From Pseudomonadota bacterium (GTDB taxonomy: Bacteria; Pseudomonadota; Gammaproteobacteria; Burkholderiales; Rhodocyclaceae): a stretch of 47,545 bases of DNA. The stretch spans positions 4,933-52,477 of the forward strand of contig JAZKFR010000038.1 in the NCBI GenBank assembly GCA_040386295.1, given 5' to 3'. The first letter of the stretch is position 1. The number at the start of each line of letters is the position of its first letter. Made by a program: the position numbers and the translations under genes. Below are positions 1 through 8,027 of this stretch, one piece after another. The notes under the pieces were generated by a model. That model ran no database searches. It was not told the origin of the DNA and worked only from the letters and a program-made list of their open reading frames with translations.

Positions 1-1157
1 CGAGTGACTCAGCCGAGCGCAGCACCCAAGTTTATTTCGTCGCACCCAACGCAGCTCATGCTGGCGTAGAAGCGCATCAGCACGGCGCAAAACAAGCCAG
101 CGCGACAAACAGTAGTGGGCGCTCACGCCCTAGCTTTGTCTTGCCAGAGCAAGCTCAAATAATCTACGTCAACCCCTACAGCGGCGAAGTCCTCGGCCAG
201 CTCGGCCAACAAGAACGCTTCAATCAATGGGCAAAAAAATTGCATTCTCGCCTGCTCCAAAGCGAGTCTTGGCGTTGGCTGATCGAGCTCGCGGCGAGTT
301 GTTTATTGCTGATGTTGCTCAGTGGAATTTATCTAGGCTGGCCACGCCGTAATCAGCAACTATCGAGCGCATCGCCCTCTGATTCAATGCAGGTGGCACG
401 TCGCCACGTCTGGCGGCGCTGGCACATCTGGATCGGTCTGGGCTTAGCCCTGCTTAGCTTCGTTATGCTCAGCACTGGGCTCACTTGGAGTCAATACGCC
501 GGCGGACAAATTAGAGTCTTACGTGACGCGCTAGGACAAGCTCCCGCGCCAGCGCCAAAAAATTTGCGCTCACCAGCAGCGTCAGCGCATACACCCCTGT
601 CTTGGCAAGCGGCTTGGCAAATCACGCGCGAACAAGCACCCAAGGTCAGCGTGCAATTGATCCCGCCCAGCGATAGCACAGGCGTTTGGCGTGCCAGTAG
701 TTTCGATCGTGCGCAGCCAGGCAAACGCTTCGATTTAATTTTCGACGCCTACCATGGCAACACGCTCTACTACGCCGATTGGGCTGAACAAAAAGCCTTT
801 GGCAAAGCCACCGCCCTGGGCATTCCTTTTCACCGTGGTGAATTTGGCTGGTGGAATCAAGCGTTGGTACTGCTTTTTGGCCTCGGCCTGATTGGCTCAA
901 TTGTGTCAGCTTGGCTCATGTTTTATCAACGCTACCGCGCTGCGCGATCTGCAACGCAAACGCAAGCCAAGCTCTTGTTACTTCTGCCCAGCGCACTCGC
1001 GTCCGGCGCTTGGCGCGCCCTACCGATTTACCTGTGGCTAATGGCCACTCTGCTCTGCTGGCTCATTCCCTTGCTCGTACCGCTGGCCCTGGCAGTCGCA
1101 CTCCTGGAATACGGCTTGCACTTGGCTTGGCGTCAGCGTTTGGCTGCAGGGATTTGA
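1..1157 (+). CDS. PepSY-associated transmembrane protein (PiuB-like), 5'-truncated by the window edge
   Basis: Frame 3 is open from base 3 to the TGA at 1155-1157, so the tracked ORF 141..1157 is only the part after an internal TTG. PepSY-like soluble stretches (IIYVNPYSGEVLGQL) alternate with hydrophobic helices. The C-terminal FHRGEFGWWNQALVLLFGLGLIGSIVSAWLMFYQR is typical of this family. Confidence 0.7.
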   Translation, partial: SDSAERSTQVYFVAPNAAHAGVEAHQHGAKQASATNSSGRSRPSFVLPEQAQIIYVNPYSGEVLGQLGQQERFNQWAKKLHSRLLQSESWRWLIELAASCLLLMLLSGIYLGWPRRNQQLSSASPSDSMQVARRHVWRRWHIWIGLGLALLSFVMLSTGLTWSQYAGGQIRVLRDALGQAPAPAPKNLRSPAASAHTPLSWQAAWQITREQAPKVSVQLIPPSDSTGVWRASSFDRAQPGKRFDLIFDAYHGNTLYYADWAEQKAFGKATALGIPFHRGEFGWWNQALVLLFGLGLIGSIVSAWLMFYQRYRAARSATQTQAKLLLLLPSALASGAWRALPIYLWLMATLLCWLIPLLVPLALAVALLEYGLHLAWRQRLAAGI

Positions 1158-1170
1158 GATTTGCCGTGCT

Positions 1171-1190
1171 CGCTGGACAGCAGTCCAGCG
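1171..1190. terminator. Perfect 8-bp stem / 4-nt loop hairpin between convergent genes (possible bidirectional terminator)
   Basis: CGCTGGAC-AGCA-GTCCAGCG lies in the 50-nt gap between the stop at 1157 (+) and the stop at 1208 (-). There is no flanking U-tract on either strand, so the call is weak. Confidence 0.3.
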
Positions 1191-1207
1191 ATGCTGCACG
1201 CAGCCGC

Positions 1208-4200
1208 CTAAACCGCACCTTCAGGCAAAGCTCTTGGCTCAATCAAATTACCGAGCACTTCAAAGGTGATCTGCCAAGCATGCATTTGCGACTTGCCGCT
1301 GACGGTGTCACTGAACGGCCAGGGGATTGGCGCCGAATGCGAGAAGTGGCTTCCTTTGCCCGATCCCGCACCGGTGTCTTTCACGGCAACTTTGGCGAAA
1401 TAAGCCGCCAGCGCAGCGCAAAATGCTTGTTGTTGCTCGTCACTCAATTCAAGCAGCCTCGGCTGCGGCAACTTGTCTGCGGCAAAGGCTTCTTTCAGCA
1501 TGACGAGGCTCTCTTCCAGATTGGCAAAAGTGACTTCTTCTAAAGTGGGCTGCTGGCTTCTGGGTCGGCTGCGCTGCTTTGCACCATGCTTGAACGAGTC
1601 GAGGAGCCTACTCTCAGGCATCAGCTTTTGTTTCTGACGGAGCGCTTTAACTTCTTCGGCGCTTGGCTTAGTCATACGCGCAATTTGCGCAGCATTTGGA
1701 AACAGCTCGGGGTTAGCCTCGATCAATGCGAAGAAAGGCCCTAGATGCGTATTGCTCAGCGCTTCTCGAACTTCTTTAGGCACTTCGTCCGCTGCGCGCA
1801 GTTCATCATCTTCCTCTTCTTCGGAAGGCGTCAGATGGGAGAGAATTTCCCCTGCTTGCAGCGCCAAGCCTTGCTTGAGGGCTTGTTCGTTACGCAGCAA
1901 GGTACTCCGCCCTGAGATTGAGCTAGCCGCCACGCTCGGCGCACCGGCTTGCGGTGGCTCTACGCCTTCAATACCAAGCTCTGTCAGGGTTGCTATTGCG
2001 GCGGCAAGACTTTCCTTCGGTGGATGTGTTTCAAAATGCCGCAGCAGCAGCGGAATTGAGGGCGCATTCGCAGGCTCTATCAATAAATTTTGCGCTATTC
2101 GATAGACGTTTCTGCACTGCTGAACAGTACGCTCAAACTCCGCCATCGATCGATTGAGTTCTCCCCAGCGCTCTAGAAGAGCGTCTATTTCGCCTTTCTG
2201 CAATGAGGCGATTGCACCCAAGGTTGCGCTCCCTAGGCTTTGCAATTCTCCTTGTAGTGCTCCAAACTGGCTGGTTACCTCCTCTGCTGTTGTGGTATCG
2301 GGCAGCGTTTTCTTTGTGGCGCTAAAAGCGCTGGTAACTGCCTGCGGAATTTTTGCTTGTGGTGGGTTTTGCAGCGGTCTGTTGCCAGGCATAACCGGAG
2401 GCAGCGGTAGTGCTAATTTTGCTGGCAGCGCAACGACAAACGCACGTACTGCATTCAATAGCGCGTCATCGACTTGCCGGTACGCTTCGAGCACGCTGGC
2501 AATTTTTACGCTGAGCTTTTTCTCCTCTGCTTGAACCTTGTTTTCTATTGAGCGGGTGGCGAGTGCTTCTTCAATTTTCTTTAGCGCAGCGCTTTGCGCA
2601 GCAACGTCGCTCAGCGCAACTGCTTTCAGTAAAGCTTGCCAGTGATCAGCCTTTAGATCGTCGGCAACGCCTTGTAAAGCCGTCCTCTCCAGCGTGTACT
2701 CTGCTGCCAGTAACGGTAACGGGAGACGTCTGTATTCGTCTGCGCCATCCCCTGTGCTGGTGCCCGGATCGAGTTTGATTTCAAGACGTGCTTGGGGGTT
2801 CTTGCCTTTACTCACGCCGACATTGACGACGAAGAACGGGTAGTTGCTGAGCGCCGTTTGCAGAGTTGCAGCTTGTTGCTCAAGCGCGCGCATTTTGGCT
2901 TCTTTCAGATGCGGAGCAAATTGCGTGAACGCATCATCAAGTACGAGCACGTCGAACCAGCCGGTATCGTCTTCAATACTTGCAATCTGGGCTTTAAGCG
3001 TTGAGGGAATGCTCTGTAGAAAATTATTGAGTTCGGCAGATTTAAGGTTCGCGCTTACGCCCACACGCAAAACAGAAAGACTACTCAATCCGCTAAGCTC
3101 AATTGCCTTAAGCTGCGCCACGCTCAGACCGCGTAAATCCAAGGTGCGGATTTGGCTTTTAAGCTCAGGCGTGAGGTGCTTCAGCAGGGTTGCCAATTCC
3201 TCTGGTTTGCACTCTTTTAGCGCCGACAGGTCTAGAAGCTGTCTTGCTGTATCGACAAATAAGCCGCAGTAGATTTGTTTCACACTGAGTTGGATAGAAA
3301 TTGGGCTGGTCGAAGTCTTTGCTGGCGCGCTCGACCCATGAACCGTGAGCGGTGTGTTCTTAACCGCCTTCTCCATTTGGCCAATCACCTCCAGAACGGA
3401 AGGACTAAGGGGTCTGTGCTTACCTAGAACACTAGCGACAAAAGGTGCGCGCTGCGCCTCTGGCAAGCGGTCTCGGAGCGAGTGCAAAAGCTTGCCGTAA
3501 GCAATCAAAGCTCCTTCACTACCCGACGCCATCATGCTCAATATCAGCGATGACTCAGACGGATTATCCGGTCGCATCAATAATTCGAGCGTCTCGTTGA
3601 GTCCCTGGGTGGGTAAGTATTCCAGCAATGAGATCAGCAGCTCGCCGTAAGCCTCGACAAAAGGTACTTTGTTATTACGCAGTGCATGTGCAGAACCTAT
3701 CGTGTTGCGATCAGCTGGCGCAAGTAAGAAGCGCGTTATGTACTCTTTACACGCTTCTAGCGGCAAGCCATGGATTAGAAATTTCAATAAGTCGCCGCAA
3801 ATCTTTACCACCTCGGGGTTTTTTCCAACCATCGCAGCAGAAAATGCTGTTATGACACGCTCATCTTTCAGGGTGAATAATATTGCTTCTATCCAACGCG
3901 CTCTGCTGGCTGCAGTAGGCTCCGTCCCAATCGCTGATTTCACTAACTCGCTGTAAGCGAGAATTGTCGGAATATCCTGCGCTTCAGCATGGGTAATGCG
4001 TCCAAACAGCGACTCTTCGGCAAGAACCAGAGCCAACATGTCGTGGTCTCTAGCTGCTTCATTGACGGCGTCTCTGGGTGGTAGAAGGTCGTTTATACTT
4101 ATTAAGAATTCGCGATAGCAATCAACGATCAGCGATTGCTGGCGCGAGATCCCCGTGAGGAGCGCTGGAGACGACAGTTCTTCGCACTTATCATCGTAGC

Positions 4201-4555
4201 GAACGAGTAAGCTACTTTTCACGTAGCTTAATCTGTCATTAATCGGGGTCAGCCCTAAGATAAAAAGCAACACAGAGGCATAACGATTAAATCTCTCAAC
4301 ATCACCTTGTTGCATCGCAGCATGCACCGCATAATCCCTTGTCTGCAACAAACCAAGCGTTTCTTTCGCCAGCCTTAGCGCGTAGATGCTGCCCAGCTCA
4401 TGACTGAGCTTTGGTAACGACCAACGCATAGATTCCGAAGACGTATGGCTTAAGTGATCAGCTGATTTTCTTATAACCTCATCATATTGGGCGGGATTGA
4501 GACAAGGATTTTTTACTTGGCCATTGGTAACTTGGTCCATTGATTTCCCCAACAA
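1208..4555 (-). CDS. Large orphan protein (1115 aa) with N-terminal ~50-aa helical repeats; no recognisable catalytic motif
   Basis: A single uninterrupted 3.3-kb ORF; every overlapping opposite-strand ORF is short. About six repeats of the pattern (A/C)Y(G/S)ELLxxLxxxLP fall near aa 92, 147, 201, 254, 303 and 353. No signal peptide or TM helix is evident. There is an acidic run (SEEEEDDE) and coiled-coil-like Ala/Gln/Leu-rich stretches. Confidence 0.8.
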   Translation of the reverse strand: MLGKSMDQVTNGQVKNPCLNPAQYDEVIRKSADHLSHTSSESMRWSLPKLSHELGSIYALRLAKETLGLLQTRDYAVHAAMQQGDVERFNRYASVLLFILGLTPINDRLSYVKSSLLVRYDDKCEELSSPALLTGISRQQSLIVDCYREFLISINDLLPPRDAVNEAARDHDMLALVLAEESLFGRITHAEAQDIPTILAYSELVKSAIGTEPTAASRARWIEAILFTLKDERVITAFSAAMVGKNPEVVKICGDLLKFLIHGLPLEACKEYITRFLLAPADRNTIGSAHALRNNKVPFVEAYGELLISLLEYLPTQGLNETLELLMRPDNPSESSLILSMMASGSEGALIAYGKLLHSLRDRLPEAQRAPFVASVLGKHRPLSPSVLEVIGQMEKAVKNTPLTVHGSSAPAKTSTSPISIQLSVKQIYCGLFVDTARQLLDLSALKECKPEELATLLKHLTPELKSQIRTLDLRGLSVAQLKAIELSGLSSLSVLRVGVSANLKSAELNNFLQSIPSTLKAQIASIEDDTGWFDVLVLDDAFTQFAPHLKEAKMRALEQQAATLQTALSNYPFFVVNVGVSKGKNPQARLEIKLDPGTSTGDGADEYRRLPLPLLAAEYTLERTALQGVADDLKADHWQALLKAVALSDVAAQSAALKKIEEALATRSIENKVQAEEKKLSVKIASVLEAYRQVDDALLNAVRAFVVALPAKLALPLPPVMPGNRPLQNPPQAKIPQAVTSAFSATKKTLPDTTTAEEVTSQFGALQGELQSLGSATLGAIASLQKGEIDALLERWGELNRSMAEFERTVQQCRNVYRIAQNLLIEPANAPSIPLLLRHFETHPPKESLAAAIATLTELGIEGVEPPQAGAPSVAASSISGRSTLLRNEQALKQGLALQAGEILSHLTPSEEEEDDELRAADEVPKEVREALSNTHLGPFFALIEANPELFPNAAQIARMTKPSAEEVKALRQKQKLMPESRLLDSFKHGAKQRSRPRSQQPTLEEVTFANLEESLVMLKEAFAADKLPQPRLLELSDEQQQAFCAALAAYFAKVAVKDTGAGSGKGSHFSHSAPIPWPFSDTVSGKSQMHAWQITFEVLGNLIEPRALPEGAV

Positions 4556-4708
4556 AGATCAAAATGACTACAAAGATTAGTGGTCTCTCAAAGCAAAAAG
4601 TTCATTAAATTTGTAATAAATTCGCTCCTTCCTCACTGAGGAACAGAGCTTAGCAGCCCCACGAACGCAGTCAGCCGAGATAATTTGAGCTATAACGCAC
4701 AATTCATT

Positions 4709-4737
4709 TTGACGAAGCAGACGAGACTCGTTATACT
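4709..4737 (+). promoter_or_regulatory. Sigma70-type promoter for tRNA-Phe
   Basis: TTGACG (4709-4714), a 17-nt spacer, then TATACT (4732-4737). A GC-rich discriminator (GCGCGTCC) follows, and the tRNA 5' end is at 4749. Confidence 0.6.
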
Positions 4738-4748
4738 GCGCGTCCTTT

Positions 4749-4824
<76 letters not shown>

Positions 4825-4833
4825 AATCAAAAA

Positions 4834-4861
4834 GCCCAACTAATCTCAGTTGGGCTTTTTG
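4834..4861 (+). terminator. Rho-independent terminator after tRNA-Phe
   Basis: Stem GCCCAACT (4834-4841), loop AATCTC, stem AGTTGGGC (4848-4855), followed by TTTTT. Confidence 0.8.
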
Positions 4862-5035
4862 CGTTGAGCATGCTTGCTACTCTGTCACCCGCTTCTCGCC
4901 AATCCAAAGCCCACCGCTTGTTAATACAGGCTACGGATGTCTTGCCGACAACGCCTCAGACACCGCCTACAAAAAGTAGCGCCTAAGCCCAAGAAAAAAC
5001 ATAGTTTGACGATTTGCTCAGCGCCAGCACTTGCG

Positions 5036-5064
5036 TTGCTGCAGCGGAAGCCAATGGGTAAAAT
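5036..5064 (+). promoter_or_regulatory. Candidate sigma70 promoter of rfaH
   Basis: TTGCTG (5036-5041), a 17-nt spacer, then TAAAAT (5059-5064). An AGGAG Shine-Dalgarno sits at 5085-5089. Confidence 0.45.
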
Positions 5065-5096
5065 CCTGCCAATCAAGGCAACCTTAGGAGATGGTG

Positions 5097-5609
5097 ATGC
5101 ATTGGTATCTCGCTTATACCAAACCCCGGCAAGAGAAATGCGCGCTGCAAAACTTAGAACGACAGGGTTATCAGTGTTATCTCCCAATGCTTGCTGCAGA
5201 GAAACTGCGTCAAGGCACGTTGATGATGCAAGATGAAGCGCTATTTCCACGCTATTTGTTCATCCGTCTGGGGCGCGACAATTCAGCAAAGAGCTGGGCA
5301 CCCATTCGTTCAACAAAAGGGGTCACCGGGCTAGTGAGTTTTGGGGCAGAGCCAGCGAAAGTCGACGATCGTTTAATTAAGCTGCTGAGAAAACAAGAAG
5401 CCGCAGGGCAAGCCGAACCGGAACGTCTGTTCAAACACGGCGAGCGGGTACGCTTAACCGAAGCACCTTTTGCCGGAATTGGGGGGGCTGGAATTGAAGC
5501 GGTCTATCAAATGGCCGATGGCGAGCGCCGAGCTATGGTGCTCATCGAACTCCTGAGCAAACCTGTTGCTGTACGGGTATCGCCAAGCAGCTTGCAAAAA
5601 ACAAGCTGA
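5097..5609 (+). CDS. rfaH: RfaH-type (NusG paralog) operon-specific transcription antiterminator
   Basis: The N-terminus MHWYLAYTKPRQEKCALQNLERQGYQCYLPM...EALFPRYLFIRL tracks E. coli RfaH (MQSWYLLYCKRGQ...EPLFPNYLFVEF, recalled from memory). A C-terminal KOW segment reads GERVRLTEAPFAG...ADGERRAMVLIELL. I prefer the start at ATG 5097 (7 nt after AGGAG) over the tracked 5091. Confidence 0.85.
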   Translation: MHWYLAYTKPRQEKCALQNLERQGYQCYLPMLAAEKLRQGTLMMQDEALFPRYLFIRLGRDNSAKSWAPIRSTKGVTGLVSFGAEPAKVDDRLIKLLRKQEAAGQAEPERLFKHGERVRLTEAPFAGIGGAGIEAVYQMADGERRAMVLIELLSKPVAVRVSPSSLQKTS

Positions 5610-5991
5610 AGCACTGCCAGTGTGGCCAACACGCAGGCAGAACACTCGACTAAGGCAGATAGCATGGTCTGCCTGCTGCGCCGGAGCAAGTCATAAAACA
5701 GCTCGCGACACGATGCAGAATCAGTAAAACAGCACGCAGGCACTCGCCCAAAAACCTAAAATTTCAGCTTCATTTCTTGCCTTAAGCCGCATCGCCAGCA
5801 TGCCAGCAGCACTGCGCGATTGCCCTGGCTGATCGGCAAAAACATTCCGTCTGCCTATGAAAATATGGGACAATTCCGCCCCGCTCGTTAGGCGAGCCAG
5901 CGCGCTGGCTACGCAATTTTGGCAGCCGCCTTTTGCCTACCACACCCCAGTTTTGTATCGTCCCCCGCGCTTGCTGATCGTGATACAGCAT

Positions 5992-6003
5992 GGCGGTAGC
6001 CTG
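5992..6003 (+). promoter_or_regulatory. ops (operon polarity suppressor) element, the RfaH recruitment site
   Basis: GGCGGTAGCCTG lies on the coding strand. It matches the GGCGGTAG core plus T11 of the E. coli ops consensus GGCGGTAGnnTG. It is 228 nt upstream of the first gene of the glycan operon. Confidence 0.75.
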
Positions 6004-6230
6004 CCAAAAACGATCAAATACACTTGGGCGCTTAAATATATTGGCGTCTAGCATCCGCCCTGGCACAGCAAAATATTGCCTCGAATGCCAAGTGCAATAC
6101 GCAATACGCAATGCGCACCTAGAGATTTAAGAACCCCCCATTTGCCAGGGGTTTTCTGCATTGCTTGTGCTACAGCCTGAACGCCAGAAGCCCGAACGCC
6201 GCATCAAATTCAAGCAGGAAATAATCGAAG

Positions 6231-8006
6231 TTGGAACACTCTAGCCAGTCGATCACAAGTTTGCTACGCCGCCTCTGGAGTCATGTTGGCAAGCGCCGTC
6301 GCGTCCAATTGTTTGCGCTGTTTATGCTCATAGCCTGCACCTCTTTTGTTGAGGTCGTCAGCATCGGCGCGGTTTTGCCCTTTTTGGGCTTGCTGACCGC
6401 GCCAGAACGCGTCTTTGCACACCCATTTGCGCAGTACATTATCCAGCCACTTGGGATAGAAAGCGCGCAAGCGCTATTACTGCCGATGACGGTTATTTTT
6501 GCTGCCATCGCCTTCCTGTCTGGTTTTATGCGCTTACTGCTGCTATGGGTACAGACACGCCTGAGTCACGCGATTGGTTCTGATTTCAGTTTGGGCATGT
6601 ATAGAAGGACGCTTTACCAGGCTTACTCCGTGCACCTTGCGCGCAACAGCAGCGAGGTGATTGCCGGAATATCTAATAAAGCTAAGGCAATTGTCGGCAG
6701 CACGCTACTGCCGTTGATGGTCATTATCAGTTCAGTCATGTTGCTGGGGACTATCTTTGTTGCCTTGCTTAGCCTAGAGCCGATGATCGCGCTCATCGCC
6801 TTTAGCGGCTTCGGGATTATCTACGCAGTGGTGATTCTGGCGACCAAAAGACGAATGCTGCGCTATAGCCAAGCAATCAGCCAAGGCCATAACGATGTAG
6901 TCAGGGTCTTGCAAGAGGGCTTAGGCGGCATCAGAGATGTCTTGATCGACGGCACACAGGACACTTATTGCAACATCTACCAGGCCGTCGATGCGCCCAT
7001 GCGTCAGGCAATGGCAAACGTCCAGATCATCAGCATCAGCCCACGGTACGGGGTAGAGGCTTTGGGCATGGTCTTGATTTCCGCCTTGGCTTACCTGCTC
7101 ACGCTCAGCAGCAGCGGAATCGCCAGCGCTATTCCGGTACTTGGCGCCTTGGCCATGGGCGCACAACGCATGCTGCCCATGCTGCAACAGGCTTACTCAA
7201 GCTGGGCGTCGATCCGTAGCGGACAAATATCGCTAAGCGACGCGCTGGATTTGATGGATCAGCCACTCCCCCCTGATGCAGATAAACCTTCTCCCGCTGC
7301 GCTGCGCTTCAACAACTCTATTGTGTTGCGCAATGTCTCGTTTACATACACTCCAGAAAAACCAGAAGTCCTTCGTTGTTTCGACATTTCGATCGCCAAA
7401 GGGTGTCGGCTTGGCATCGTCGGCAGTACTGGCAGCGGCAAAAGCACCTTTCTCGATATCTTCATGGGCTTATTGTCGCCAACACAGGGTGAGATGCTGG
7501 TAGATGGGCAAAAGATAAGCGCAGAGAACCGGCGGGCGTGGCAGGCGCACATTGCGCATGTCCCGCAAAGCATCTTTCTTTCAGACGCTAGCATTGCCGA
7601 AAACATCGCATTAGGCGTACCGAAAGCGGAAATCGATTGGACGCGGCTGCGTGCGGCTGCAGAAAAAGCCCAGATCGCCGATGTGATTGCAGCACTTGAA
7701 GATGGATACGACACCCGTGTCGGTGAACGCGGTGTTCGCTTATCGGGAGGGCAGCGGCAAAGAATTGGCATCGCCAGGGCGCTCTACAAAAATGCGGATG
7801 TCATTGTTTTTGACGAAGCAACCAGCGCCTTAGACAGCGATACCGAGCGCAAAGTGATGCAGGCAATCAACACGCTAGGCAATAACCTGACCCTCATCAT
7901 CGTTGCGCATCGCGTCAGTACGCTCAAAAATTGTGACCAAATCATTGAGATTGGTGCGGGCAGAGTTGAAAGAACGGGCACTTACGATGAAATCATCTGC
8001 CCCTGA
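6231..8006 (+). CDS. Fused TMD-NBD ABC exporter (MsbA/PglK-type half transporter)
   Basis: About 300 aa with 5-6 hydrophobic helices precede Walker A GSTGSGKST, signature LSGGQRQR and Walker B VIVFDEATSALD. The TTG start at 6231 is provisional. Confidence 0.85.
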   Translation: MEHSSQSITSLLRRLWSHVGKRRRVQLFALFMLIACTSFVEVVSIGAVLPFLGLLTAPERVFAHPFAQYIIQPLGIESAQALLLPMTVIFAAIAFLSGFMRLLLLWVQTRLSHAIGSDFSLGMYRRTLYQAYSVHLARNSSEVIAGISNKAKAIVGSTLLPLMVIISSVMLLGTIFVALLSLEPMIALIAFSGFGIIYAVVILATKRRMLRYSQAISQGHNDVVRVLQEGLGGIRDVLIDGTQDTYCNIYQAVDAPMRQAMANVQIISISPRYGVEALGMVLISALAYLLTLSSSGIASAIPVLGALAMGAQRMLPMLQQAYSSWASIRSGQISLSDALDLMDQPLPPDADKPSPAALRFNNSIVLRNVSFTYTPEKPEVLRCFDISIAKGCRLGIVGSTGSGKSTFLDIFMGLLSPTQGEMLVDGQKISAENRRAWQAHIAHVPQSIFLSDASIAENIALGVPKAEIDWTRLRAAAEKAQIADVIAALEDGYDTRVGERGVRLSGGQRQRIGIARALYKNADVIVFDEATSALDSDTERKVMQAINTLGNNLTLIIVAHRVSTLKNCDQIIEIGAGRVERTGTYDEIICP

Positions 8007-8027
8007 TCAGATGAGACACAGAGCGCA

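Noticed and set aside
851-1543. 230-aa plus-strand ORF
   Set aside because: It overlaps the PepSY-TM gene out of frame, then runs antisense into the 1115-aa gene, and has no motifs. It is a shadow ORF.
1752-3956. Several 67-142-aa plus-strand ORFs inside the 1115-aa gene
   Set aside because: All are antisense to one uninterrupted 3.3-kb ORF, and their products are Ser/Ala/Cys-rich low complexity.
5782-6111. 109-aa minus-strand ORF in the operon leader
   Set aside because: It is antisense to the ops-containing leader, has no RBS or motifs, and has a Trp/Cys/Arg-rich composition. It is likely spurious.
6094-6117. Heptanucleotide repeat GCAATAC GCAATAC GCAATGC GCA in the leader
   Set aside because: There are only about 3.4 copies, too few to argue for slipped-strand regulation. 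It lies between ops and the first gene and has no obvious pairing partner. It is noted but not called.
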